A stretch of 64,000 nt of DNA from Bacteroidetes bacterium UBA7662. GTDB taxonomy: Bacteria > Bacteroidota > Bacteroidia > UBA7662. The notes beneath the pieces were generated by a model. That model saw only the letters and a list, made by a program, of their open reading frames with translations. It was not told the origin of the DNA and ran no database searches. The DNA lies in assembly GCA_002483345.1 (NCBI GenBank), contig DLHS01000003.1, forward strand, positions 8,959 through 72,958, written 5' to 3'. Of the stretch, positions 38,513-48,302 are shown in pieces. The first letter of the stretch is position 1. The number at the start of each line of letters is the position of its first letter. Both the position numbers and the translations under genes were made by a program.

Positions 38513-38666
38513 AGACATCGAGATTTCGAGAGGCGAGAAACGAGATTTTACTTGCGCCGCCGCGTTTGTTGACTTCAGGCTAAATTTCGTCGACTTTCAA
38601 AAAGTAGCCTGTAAGGCTACAAGCTGAGTATAGTCTCGTTTCTCGCCTCTCGAAATCTCGATGTCT
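38513..38666. repeat. 154-bp element with perfect 33-bp terminal inverted repeats (MITE/REP-like)
   Basis: agacatcgagatttcgagaggcgagaaacgaga (38513-38545) is the exact reverse complement of 38634-38666. Confidence 0.93.
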
Positions 38667-38674
38667 GAAAAAAA

Positions 38675-40465
38675 TCAGTACCTGCCGCCGCCACGGGGTT
38701 TTCCACCACCAAAGCGACGTTCCTGACGATCAGGAGCATATGAAGCACCCTGGCGACCACCACGGTCACGACCACCGCCGCTGCCGCCTCTGTAACCACC
38801 ACGGTCACCGCGGTCGCCACCTCTTCCACCCGGACGGTCACCGCTGTCGCGACGACCACCACCGATAGAACCGGCCATGATATCCATACGGATACTGCGT
38901 CCATTGTAGGTTGTGCCGTTGAATGTCTCAACCAGCACAGCTGCAGCCACCTCTTCAGCTTCCATGAAACTACGAGTATCTTCCAGGTCAATACGACCCA
39001 GATCTGTTTTACTCAAACCTGAATTATCAAGCAGGAACTGCAGGAAACTGGCTTTGTAAAAACCATCCTTCGCCCCCAGGTTTACGAATATTTTTTTCAT
39101 ACCCGGACGGCTGTCACCCCTGTCGCGGTCTTTGCGGTCACCTTCATTCAGGTCGCGGGCATTGCGGTAGTAATTGAGGAAGCGCTGGAATTCCAGCGAA
39201 GCCACGCGGTTGATAATATCTTCCTTGCTGAAGTCACGGAGTTTCTCCTGAATCATAGGAATGAAACGTTCGTATTCTCCATGGTCGATTTCAGCGCCGG
39301 TGATTTTGTCGATAAAGCTGAGGAACTGCTTTTCGCAAACCTCTTCTCCTGAAGGAACCATCAGTTTTTGCATCTGACGGTCGATCATTTTCTCAATCTG
39401 ACGCAAACGACTGGCTTCACGGCCACTCACAATGCTGATACAGATACCGGATTTACCGGCACGGGCGGTACGACCTGCCCGGTGGGTGTATACTTCCGGA
39501 TCATCAGGAAGTGAATAGTTGATTACGTGGGTAATGCCATCTACGTCGATACCACGGGCGGCTACGTCGGTGGCGATGAGCAGTTGCAGTGATTTTTCCT
39601 TGAAACGGGCCATCACTTTATCGCGCTGTTGTTGTGACAAATCGCCGTGGAGAGCTTCAATGTCGTAACCCTCACGGATCAGTTTTTCGGTGATATCCTG
39701 CGCTTCAAGTTTGGTACGGGTGAAAATGATGCCGTACATGCCGGGATTCACGTCAACCAGCCGCTTCAGCGACTCGTATTTGTTGGACGCCTGCACCTGA
39801 TAGTAAACGTGCTCGATGTTTTTGGCAGCACTGTTTTTCTTACCCATCGACAGCTCGCGTGGGTTTTCCATATAGTTTTTGGCAATACGGCGAACCTCAT
39901 CGGGCATGGTGGCAGAAAACAGCCAGGTAGATTTTTTATGGGTAGTGTTCGACAGGATATAATCCAGATCATCACGGAAACCCATGTTCAGCATTTCATC
40001 GGCTTCGTCGAGTACTACATACTCTACTGTTTCGAGATGTACCGCTTTGCGGTCGATCAGGTCGATCAGACGACCTGGGGTAGCCACAATTACCTGAACA
40101 CCATTGCGGATGTCGCGGATCTGATTCTGGATACTGGTACCGCCATACACAGCGGTGATATAGACACCAGGCTGGAAACGGGAGAAATTTTTCAGGTCCT
40201 CGGCAATCTGATTGCAGAGTTCCCGGGTGGGACTGAGGATCAACACCTGTACCTTGCGGTCCTGGGTATTGACATGATGGAGGGCCGGCAGGCCAAAGGC
40301 AGCAGTTTTACCCGTGCCTGTCTGAGCGAGTCCGACAAAATCGGTTGTGCTTTCTAAGAGGATTGGGATGGCTTGCGCCTGAATGGGAGTCGGCTCCGTG
40401 AAACCTAATGCGGTAACCGCTTGTACAAGTTCAGGTTTCAGCTGAAGCGATTCAAATGTGGTCAT
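38675..40465 (-). CDS. DEAD-box RNA helicase (DeaD-like, DbpA RNA-binding domain, RGG tail)
   Basis: AQTGTGKT, PTREL, DEAD, SAT, ARGID, HRAGRTAR; Gly/Arg-rich C-terminus. Confidence 0.95.
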   Translation of the reverse strand: MTTFESLQLKPELVQAVTALGFTEPTPIQAQAIPILLESTTDFVGLAQTGTGKTAAFGLPALHHVNTQDRKVQVLILSPTRELCNQIAEDLKNFSRFQPGVYITAVYGGTSIQNQIRDIRNGVQVIVATPGRLIDLIDRKAVHLETVEYVVLDEADEMLNMGFRDDLDYILSNTTHKKSTWLFSATMPDEVRRIAKNYMENPRELSMGKKNSAAKNIEHVYYQVQASNKYESLKRLVDVNPGMYGIIFTRTKLEAQDITEKLIREGYDIEALHGDLSQQQRDKVMARFKEKSLQLLIATDVAARGIDVDGITHVINYSLPDDPEVYTHRAGRTARAGKSGICISIVSGREASRLRQIEKMIDRQMQKLMVPSGEEVCEKQFLSFIDKITGAEIDHGEYERFIPMIQEKLRDFSKEDIINRVASLEFQRFLNYYRNARDLNEGDRKDRDRGDSRPGMKKIFVNLGAKDGFYKASFLQFLLDNSGLSKTDLGRIDLEDTRSFMEAEEVAAAVLVETFNGTTYNGRSIRMDIMAGSIGGGRRDSGDRPGGRGGDRGDRGGYRGGSGGGRDRGGRQGASYAPDRQERRFGGGKPRGGGRY

Positions 40466-40492
40466 GAAAAAATTATAATCTAAAATTGACTG

Positions 40493-40500
40493 CAAAGGTA
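40493..40500 (-). promoter_or_regulatory. Bacteroidota -7 promoter element for the helicase
   Basis: TACCTTTG on the minus strand, 27 nt upstream of ATG 40465. Confidence 0.65.
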
Positions 40501-40585
40501 GCTTTTATATACCCAAATCCGGCATAAAGCCCGATATTTCCCGACACTACCCGAAACCTGTCCCCTAACTGCTTATTTTTGCCCC

Positions 40586-41272
40586 GTGGAACGCATTATC
40601 ATCGCCATTGACGGCTATTCTTCCTGCGGTAAAAGTACCCTTGCCAAGGCTCTGGCTACCCGGCTCGGTTATGCCTACATCGATTCCGGCGCTATGTATC
40701 GCGCTGTGACCCTGTACTTTCAGCATTACCACATCCCCCTTGATGACGACATGGCCATTGCGGAGGCGCTTGAGAATATCCATATTGAGTTCCACTACAA
40801 CCCGGTGCTCAAACGCAATGAAACCTGGCTCAACGGCGAATCTGTTGAATCAGCCATTCGTAGCCTGGAGGTCTCCAATGCGGTCAGCCCGGTATCTGCC
40901 ATCAAAGCAGTTCGACAGTCGATGATTGCTTTACAACGCAAAGCAGGACGAAACAAAGGCATTGTTATGGATGGGCGTGACATCGGCACCCATGTTTTCC
41001 CGGATGCGGAACTCAAAATATTCATGACAGCCGACCCGGATATTAGGGCACAGCGCAGATATAGTGAACTGAAAGCCAAAGGTGAGCTTTATTCTCTCGA
41101 GGCAGTGAAACAAAATTTACTTGACAGGGACTATATCGACAGTCATCGCCTTGAAAATCCGTTGCGGCAAGCCGCTGATGCCAAAGTGCTCGACAACAGC
41201 CATCTCAGTCCGGAAGAACAGCTTCAGTGGGCAATGGAACAGTTCAAAGCTTCCAGAAGTCGAATACATTAA
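40586..41272 (+). CDS. cmk: Cytidylate kinase
   Basis: IAIDGYSSCGKST, DSGAMYR, MDGRDIGTHVFPDA. Confidence 0.96.
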   Translation: MERIIIAIDGYSSCGKSTLAKALATRLGYAYIDSGAMYRAVTLYFQHYHIPLDDDMAIAEALENIHIEFHYNPVLKRNETWLNGESVESAIRSLEVSNAVSPVSAIKAVRQSMIALQRKAGRNKGIVMDGRDIGTHVFPDAELKIFMTADPDIRAQRRYSELKAKGELYSLEAVKQNLLDRDYIDSHRLENPLRQAADAKVLDNSHLSPEEQLQWAMEQFKASRSRIH

Positions 41273-42698
41273 CTGCCACATAAGCATCTGCCCCGGATAT
41301 CCGCTGCAAACCGAACAGGCTGCCAAAGCGGTCTGTTCCGAAAAGAACAGGACCTAAACGAGCCGACAAGCCCAGGTTCAGGTAATGATACTCCGTCAAT
41401 GTGACGGGCAAACCTATCTCCGCCCAACCTAACTCAAAACGAGGTGATACTGCCAGATAATTGGTTCTCCTCATTTTAAAGGTACCGAAGAGCGGCGTGC
41501 GCTGCAAAATGGCAGCATACAAATAAAAATCCTGATAAATCCTGCCATCAAATTGTAAACTGAGGGCTGTAGGAGCCCCTACACTGAAACTGACATCACC
41601 AGCCACAGCACCGTTGGCCTGCAAACGACCTATAAAATTGGCATCAAAATCACGCTGACTGAAATCAAAAAACTTACCTCTGGTACTATAATTGGCAAAT
41701 GAATTAATGACGAAATAGGGAGCGTTGTAATTTATCAGCCCCAGATCAAGCCAGGAAACACCAACCTTCCATAAATGTTCAGGCACTTCCCTCCTGATTC
41801 TTATTTTACCCGCGAAATTGAAGCAGTTTATTTTGCTGTTTTTTCCGGCACGCCGGGTCGATTGCTGATCGATTTTTACATAGGTAAAACCCAGATCCAG
41901 GGCGAAACCACCGCCGCTTTGTATACCTGCATCCCCCAATGATCTTGCATACTGACCTTCAAAACGATCAAATCTGGCAGTATCCGGAAAACGTATCGTA
42001 TAATCAAAAGCTTCCATCTCGAGGTGCAGGGTTTGCAGCCCCAGCAAAGCCTTGGCTGTAATTCCCAGCGACATGGCCTCGGTTCTGGTTTCGTAAAAGC
42101 GATAGGCATAGGAAGCGCCAATCTCTCCCCAGGCATCCAGCTGAAGTCTCAAACCCGGATTTGAAATTGTGCTGTCGCGCAGGGGCTCAAAAAGAATACC
42201 TTCCCAAAGTTGTTTAAAGCCGGAAGCTGACAGTCCGCTCCAGTAAATCTGTTGTCGCAGCTGACTGTACAGGCCAAAGGCATGCTTCTGATACTGAAAA
42301 TAAATGCCCAGTGGCATAGTCCAGGCACCTTGTTGTAAACGCAAAGGCTGTTCTATATGCTCCTGAATCAATACATCACCCTGTGCCGGACCGAAACGGT
42401 TGTTATTGATATTGTCGATTTCGATGCTGACATCCGCGCCAGCCATGACCGACAGCAGATTGACCCGTTGCATGCTGATGAGATTATTCTGAAAGCTGGC
42501 ACCTGCACCCGGTAAATGAACGGTCCAGTTGCTTTTATTAAATGACAAGGCGGAAGGATTCACCTGACCTGCATATAAAGCAGCATACCCCCCGGAGCCA
42601 ATCAGCAAAGGATTTTGTGCAGAAACAACGCTTACAAACAACCCCGCCAGCAAGCCAGTCAGGCAGGCAAATCGAAGTTTCAGATGCAAAAAAAACAT
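41244..42698 (-). CDS. DUF5723-like outer membrane protein
   Basis: Signal peptide, early NPS motif, GFALDLGFTY, S..DLG.I, C-terminal LG...RLGP..FGTD; family name recalled, not searched. Confidence 0.62.
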   Translation of the reverse strand: MFFLHLKLRFACLTGLLAGLFVSVVSAQNPLLIGSGGYAALYAGQVNPSALSFNKSNWTVHLPGAGASFQNNLISMQRVNLLSVMAGADVSIEIDNINNNRFGPAQGDVLIQEHIEQPLRLQQGAWTMPLGIYFQYQKHAFGLYSQLRQQIYWSGLSASGFKQLWEGILFEPLRDSTISNPGLRLQLDAWGEIGASYAYRFYETRTEAMSLGITAKALLGLQTLHLEMEAFDYTIRFPDTARFDRFEGQYARSLGDAGIQSGGGFALDLGFTYVKIDQQSTRRAGKNSKINCFNFAGKIRIRREVPEHLWKVGVSWLDLGLINYNAPYFVINSFANYSTRGKFFDFSQRDFDANFIGRLQANGAVAGDVSFSVGAPTALSLQFDGRIYQDFYLYAAILQRTPLFGTFKMRRTNYLAVSPRFELGWAEIGLPVTLTEYHYLNLGLSARLGPVLFGTDRFGSLFGLQRISGADAYVAVNVFDFWKL

Positions 42699-42709
42699 GG
42701 TGTGTCGGA

Positions 42710-43204
42710 TCAGCGAAAGATATTCTCCCGAACCACAATATCCGAATTGGAACGAAGTATATCCTGATAAAGACCGTGTATGTTTTTTACATCATCGGTG
42801 CCGTAAAAAAAGAGTTTTTTTCCTTTCATCTCTACCAGTATCCATTCCTTTTGCGGCACCTGAAAAATACCTTTTATAGCCTGAGTCGTCCCCAAACCTA
42901 CATAACGAACGGATGACAAGGGTATTTCCCTGTTGACAGGAAACAAAAGTTTGTGATAACACACCTTTAAAACATCCTCCTGCATAGCCACTGTTACCTT
43001 CGTAATATACAGTTTGCGGTAAAAAATGCTTAGTAACAGCAAAATAGCCACAAACATTACGTTTGTAAACAGCGCACTATACGCGGGAGCAAAAGCGTGA
43101 ACCAGATAACTCAGCGCCCCCATCAACAAGGCAAAAACACCAAGCAGCCCATAAGGTACAGACCACTCATTCGAGAATAACTTTAATTCCCGTGTTTTCT
43201 GCAT
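42710..43204 (-). CDS. Hypothetical membrane protein
   Basis: Two TM helices plus a soluble domain; start codon shares a base with the typA stop. Confidence 0.62.
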   Translation of the reverse strand: MQKTRELKLFSNEWSVPYGLLGVFALLMGALSYLVHAFAPAYSALFTNVMFVAILLLLSIFYRKLYITKVTVAMQEDVLKVCYHKLLFPVNREIPLSSVRYVGLGTTQAIKGIFQVPQKEWILVEMKGKKLFFYGTDDVKNIHGLYQDILRSNSDIVVRENIFR

Positions 43205-45012
43205 CAGAGATTGGCTTTGGAAGTGCTCCGTTTACGATCCATTTCTTTCAGGAAAATCTTACGCATGCGCATCGATTTAGGTGTTATTTCGATGTATTCG
43301 TCGTCCTGAATGTACTCCATGGCTTCTTCCAGCGAAAACAAACGTTTGGGTGCGATGCGGGCGCTGTCGTCTTTACCGGAAGCGCGCATATTGGTGAGGG
43401 CTTTGCCTTTCACGAGATTGACCACCAGGTCACCCGGACGGCTGTGTTCGCCCATAACCATTCCCTCATACACTTCTTCACCCGGATCTACGAAAAATAC
43501 GCCCCGATCCTGAAGTTTATCGATGGAATAAGCAGTGGTCATACCGGCTTCCATAGAAACCAGTGAACCATTAACACGACCCGGGATAACACCTTTGTGA
43601 GGTTCAAATCCTATGAAACGGTGAGCCATGATAGCTTCACCCTGAGTAGCCGTCAACAGGTTATTCCTTAAACCGATGATTCCACGCGACGGGATGTTAA
43701 ATTCGAGGTGAATCATATCGCCTTTAGGCTCCATGATCAGCATCTCTCCTTTGCGTTGGGTAACCTGTTCAATGACCTTGCCGGAGAATGCTTCAGGCAC
43801 ATCCACCACCAGCGATTCGATGGGTTCGTGCTTTTTGCCGTCAATCTCTTTCACAATTACCCTTGGCTGACCTACCTGCAACTCATACCCCTCGCGGCGC
43901 ATGGTTTCGATAAGGATAGACAGGTGAAGGATACCACGTCCGTAAACCAAATGGCTGTCGGGTGATTCCGTTTCTTCAATTTTCATTGCCAGGTTTTTCT
44001 CAATCTCTTTGTACAAACGGTCACGCAGGTGACGTGATGTCACAAACTTTCCTTCTTTACCGAAAAAGGGAGAAGTATTGATTGTAAAAAACATGCTCAT
44101 CGTGGGCTCGTCGACTTTGATAGGTGCCAGCCCTTCCGGCGCATCGTAATCGGCAATGGTATCGCCAATCTGGAAATCATCGAGACCAACCACCGCGCAT
44201 ATATCGCCTGCTTCAACCTGTTGTACTTTCTGACGGCCCAGACCGATGAAAGTATGCAATTCTTTTACCCTGGCTTTAACAAACCCACCGTCGTTCTTCA
44301 CCAGTTGAATGGGTTGGTTTTCTTTGATACTTCCGCGCGCCACTTTACCAATCGCGATGCGTCCTACGAAAGAACTGTAGTCAAGGGAGGTAATTTGCAT
44401 TTGCAGATTGCCCTCCGGCTGTTTAGGCGCAGGAACATGTTCAATGATGGCATCAAGCAATGCGGTGAAATCGGTTGTCGGTTTCTTCCAGTCGGTGCCC
44501 ATCCAGCCCATTTTGGAAGAGCCGTAAATGGTCGGGAAATTTAATTGTTCTTCCGTGGCATCGAGGTTGAAAAACAGCTCAAAAACACCATCATGCACCT
44601 CATCAGGACGACAGTTTTCTTTGTCAACTTTGTTGATGACCACAATCGGATGTAAACCCAAAGCGAGTGCTTTCTGCAATACAAAACGGGTCTGTGGCAT
44701 GGGGCCTTCGAAGGCATCTACCAGCAGCAATACACCGTCGGCCATTTTGAGTACCCGTTCTACTTCACCACCAAAGTCTGAGTGACCCGGGGTATCGATG
44801 ATATTTATTTTGGTGCCCTTATAATTCACCGAAACATTTTTCGAAAAGATGGTAATCCCCCGTTCACGCTCGAGGTCGTTGCTGTCGAGTATCAGATCCC
44901 CAATTTCTTCGTTTTCACGGAATAGGTTGGTCTGGTGAAGGATTTTATCAACCAAAGTAGTTTTACCATGGTCGACGTGGGCGATGATCGCAATGTTGCG
45001 GATAGCTTGCAT
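43204..45012 (-). CDS. typA: Translational GTPase TypA/BipA
   Basis: IRNIAIIAHVDHGKTTLVD, ERGITI, DTPGH, NKVD, GRGILHL. Start at ATG 45012. Confidence 0.97.
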   Translation of the reverse strand: MQAIRNIAIIAHVDHGKTTLVDKILHQTNLFRENEEIGDLILDSNDLERERGITIFSKNVSVNYKGTKINIIDTPGHSDFGGEVERVLKMADGVLLLVDAFEGPMPQTRFVLQKALALGLHPIVVINKVDKENCRPDEVHDGVFELFFNLDATEEQLNFPTIYGSSKMGWMGTDWKKPTTDFTALLDAIIEHVPAPKQPEGNLQMQITSLDYSSFVGRIAIGKVARGSIKENQPIQLVKNDGGFVKARVKELHTFIGLGRQKVQQVEAGDICAVVGLDDFQIGDTIADYDAPEGLAPIKVDEPTMSMFFTINTSPFFGKEGKFVTSRHLRDRLYKEIEKNLAMKIEETESPDSHLVYGRGILHLSILIETMRREGYELQVGQPRVIVKEIDGKKHEPIESLVVDVPEAFSGKVIEQVTQRKGEMLIMEPKGDMIHLEFNIPSRGIIGLRNNLLTATQGEAIMAHRFIGFEPHKGVIPGRVNGSLVSMEAGMTTAYSIDKLQDRGVFFVDPGEEVYEGMVMGEHSRPGDLVVNLVKGKALTNMRASGKDDSARIAPKRLFSLEEAMEYIQDDEYIEITPKSMRMRKIFLKEMDRKRSTSKANL

Positions 45013-45121
45013 GTAACTTAAATTCGCCGCAAAATTACTGATTTTAAAGGAAAATCCGGCATTGTTTATAAACTTAACACCCATCCACTTGTCAGTTCAG
45101 CTGCTTTCGGTAAATTCGGTC

Positions 45122-45868
45122 ATGGGCTTGCGGGTGTTTCTGTGTCTTGGATGGCTGCTGGGCAGCGCTCCTGCGGTTTTTGCACAGCAGACCGGTTATG
45201 CCGGGTATCAGGGTAAGCAGACACCTTCCCGTCAGATTTTAATGGAGATGGGTTTCGGTGCTTCGATACCGCGGGGTGCATTTGCACAGGAAGTTTCCAA
45301 AACAGGCTTTGGTCTGCATATGATGGTCGGCTACCGCCTTGCTCACCTGCCACTGGAGCTGGCTGTTTCACTTGATGCTGTCTTGTACGGCTATCAGACC
45401 GACCAAAAACCACTGGGATCTGTCAATCCGGCCAGTTATGAACTCGTCCTGGATCGTTACCAGTACATGCTGCCGCTGCACGCCCACCTACGCTACGCGC
45501 CTTCATGGGGAAAAATTGCCCCTTTCGCAGAAGCTTTCGGAGGTATGCGCCTTATTTCAACCCGGACAACTGCCAGAGGAAACCAGCTCATTGCCGTAGC
45601 AGGCAACCCGGAAGCTTTCAGCTCCAAAGCAACCTACAACGACTTCACAGTCAGTTACGGCCTGGGTGCAGGAATACACTATAAACTGGCAGATGTGGGG
45701 AATCTACACTACCGGCTTCAATTGAGTGCAAGGTGGCTCAATGGTGGAAAAGCCAATTATCTGGGGGTAGATGACCTTGTTATTCAGGACAATCAGCTGG
45801 TTTATCAGCCCCGCTTCAGTGAAACCAGTGTAGTAGCCTTAAATCTGGGGCTTTCTATCCTTTTCTAA
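45122..45868 (+). CDS. Outer-membrane beta-barrel domain protein
   Basis: Signal peptide, alternating beta-strand pattern, C-terminal Phe (LGLSILF). Confidence 0.65.
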   Translation: MGLRVFLCLGWLLGSAPAVFAQQTGYAGYQGKQTPSRQILMEMGFGASIPRGAFAQEVSKTGFGLHMMVGYRLAHLPLELAVSLDAVLYGYQTDQKPLGSVNPASYELVLDRYQYMLPLHAHLRYAPSWGKIAPFAEAFGGMRLISTRTTARGNQLIAVAGNPEAFSSKATYNDFTVSYGLGAGIHYKLADVGNLHYRLQLSARWLNGGKANYLGVDDLVIQDNQLVYQPRFSETSVVALNLGLSILF

Positions 45869-47052
45869 GACACCGGCCTGATATTGCGGGCCACAAAAAT
45901 GCTCAATACACACATCAGTGCGGCAAATATGCCCACATACTGAAAATTAAGCAATTGCCCCGCTTCATTTTTAGTCACGATAAATCCTGCTATCACCGAC
46001 GCAACTGCAGTACTTAACTGTTGCACGGATGAGTTAAAGCTCATAAAAGCTCCCCTTTTGGCCGGATCTACGGCACCGGCGATCATAGCCTGAGAGGGAA
46101 TCATGCGGCCGCCGCTCACAATAAAAAATGTGGTGGTAATCAACAGTACCACCACTATGGGTGTCTGAGGCAGATTAGTAATCAGCAGCAAAGGCACTAA
46201 AGTCAATAGCCCGAAAATGGTATAGATTTTTTTGGTGCCATGCCGGTCGCTCAGTCTTCCTATCCAGGGAGAGGTGAAAATGGTGAAAAAGCCACCAAAA
46301 AGATAGATATAGGTCAGCTCCCGCTCGCTGAAACCTACATTGGCAACCATATACGGACTGATGAAGGGGGTTACGGTAAAACTCCCGAGCATAATCATCA
46401 TCATCAGTAAAAGTGCCAGCCGGAGATTGGCTGATCCTGCTACTGATTTTACCAGCACCAGCGGTGATGGTTTATTGGCCGCAGATTGAATGTGTCCTGT
46501 CATTACCGGCATCCAGAACCAGATACCTGCCAGGATTAAAACACCAATAGCTGCCAGAAACAGAAAAGGAGCATGCCAACTGGATACTGAAGCTATAAAC
46601 AGCCCGAAGGGCACACCGAAAACGGAAGCGGCTGAAAAAGAGGCCGTCACCAGACCCATCGCGGTAGCTCTCCTTTCCATGGGTATGGCATCTCCAATTA
46701 CACTCATCACCAAAGCACCTAACATACCGCCAAAAGCACCTGTCACAATGCGGGCACTGATGAGCGCCCAATAACCTGGTGCAAGGGCGCAGGCCAGGGT
46801 ACCCAGAACAAAACCGGTATAAACAACCAGCAATGCTTTCCGGCGATCGAAACGGTCAATAAAAAAAGCAGCCAGAAAACCTACTATACCGGCACTGAAA
46901 GTATATGCAGAGACCAGAAAACTGAATTGCTGCGGGCTTATTTCAAAAAGCCGCATGAGTTGGGGACCCAGCGGCATCATAATCATAAAGTCTACAATGT
47001 TGGTAAATTGGATGGCTGCAAGTACAAACAGCAGCCGCTTTTCGTTTAGCAT
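45865..47052 (-). CDS. MFS transporter (efflux-like)
   Basis: About 12 TM segments; DRFDRRK motif A. Confidence 0.9.
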   Translation of the reverse strand: MLNEKRLLFVLAAIQFTNIVDFMIMMPLGPQLMRLFEISPQQFSFLVSAYTFSAGIVGFLAAFFIDRFDRRKALLVVYTGFVLGTLACALAPGYWALISARIVTGAFGGMLGALVMSVIGDAIPMERRATAMGLVTASFSAASVFGVPFGLFIASVSSWHAPFLFLAAIGVLILAGIWFWMPVMTGHIQSAANKPSPLVLVKSVAGSANLRLALLLMMMIMLGSFTVTPFISPYMVANVGFSERELTYIYLFGGFFTIFTSPWIGRLSDRHGTKKIYTIFGLLTLVPLLLITNLPQTPIVVVLLITTTFFIVSGGRMIPSQAMIAGAVDPAKRGAFMSFNSSVQQLSTAVASVIAGFIVTKNEAGQLLNFQYVGIFAALMCVLSIFVARNIRPVS

Positions 47053-47111
47053 GATGAGGCAAAACTACTAAAGCAAATCCAAATCAAATTCGTTCCGCTC
47101 AAGCCGGATGC

Positions 47112-48077
47112 TTAAGTAGTCATCAGTTTCCTTAAAACTTCCATACGCTGCAATTGCTGCATGAAAAACTTATTGCGGTATTTTTCAGAAACCCCGCTGA
47201 TGAGCATCGATTTCTGCATCATCCCATCCAGCCATATTTCAGTTTGATTGGAGAAATTAAAATCTGTTGTCAGCATAAAATTAAAGCTGTGATGACTCAG
47301 ATAGGTGTATTTGCTGCGGCCGGCTTTGATGAGTATGCAGTTGTTGCCTATCATGATGTCGTTGAGGTAAAAACGGAAAGGCACCCCGTTTTTGGAACCA
47401 CGTTCACACAAACGTTGCAGTTGTTGTAATTCGGCTACAAAATCATCACAAACCGCCAGTGCGATCTCTGTGCTTTCAAACAATCCGGATTCCCAGTAAT
47501 ATTCTATCTGCTTGAGGGTACTCGAGGCAGTTTCTTCTGTCCATATCTCCACACTCGGAATCTGCAGATAGGTTTCATAAATATCCCGCGCTGTGGCAAT
47601 GAGTTCAGCTGACAGTATGTCGGGTTTAAAACGGCTACCTTCCAGCTCCGGCACGTTCATGATAGAACGCATCCAGTAAAACATCTTGAAGGCGGTGAGC
47701 GTTGGGTGCATGAAATGATGAAACACCGGAATGTCTTCGGCAGCATAGAGTATCTCCCCGTCATCGAAACTTTTAATACGTTTCAGATCTACCAGCAGGC
47801 GCAGCAGGTATTGATGAAAACTGGATAAATCAGGGTTTATCTGCTTGAATTCAAAAGTAACCGCATCCGGATTGGCAAGTGATTCAAAGGTGATACGGTA
47901 ATGCTGACAGATAACCAGCACTTCTTCCAGTGAAAGGGCAGTTTCTCCTCGTAGACGGCGGTAAACACTGTCCTTGCTGATGTTCAATACGTCCGCCAGT
48001 TCATCTGCCAAAGCGTAATTAGGCGGGACTATCTGCCTGATCTTCTCAAAAAAACGTTGCTGAATCGCGTTTTCCAT
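47112..48077 (-). CDS. HTH transcriptional regulator (XRE/BetR-like N-terminus)
   Basis: LADELADVLNISKDSVYRRLRGETALSLEE helix-turn-helix. Confidence 0.78.
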   Translation of the reverse strand: MENAIQQRFFEKIRQIVPPNYALADELADVLNISKDSVYRRLRGETALSLEEVLVICQHYRITFESLANPDAVTFEFKQINPDLSSFHQYLLRLLVDLKRIKSFDDGEILYAAEDIPVFHHFMHPTLTAFKMFYWMRSIMNVPELEGSRFKPDILSAELIATARDIYETYLQIPSVEIWTEETASSTLKQIEYYWESGLFESTEIALAVCDDFVAELQQLQRLCERGSKNGVPFRFYLNDIMIGNNCILIKAGRSKYTYLSHHSFNFMLTTDFNFSNQTEIWLDGMMQKSMLISGVSEKYRNKFFMQQLQRMEVLRKLMTT

Positions 48078-48302
48078 AGCTGATTATTGCACTTATTGCA
48101 AATGAATGCCACACAATGTAGTAAATATTGCAACTCGGACAAGGCTTTTAAGTACTAAGTACAACCGTATGACTTTTTGTACAGGGAACTGACCCGCCAA
48201 AGCCAGAAAGTGCTACAAATACTTTCACAGACAGACCAAGGCCGTTTTAGGACATGGACACGGGATGTGAGCTTTGTCTCATTCTCCTAAATGATAAGGA
48301 CT

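Noticed and set aside
38677-38870. ccacc/cggtc-rich repeats
   Set aside because: Explained by the Gly/Arg/Asp-rich C-terminal tail of the DEAD-box helicase.
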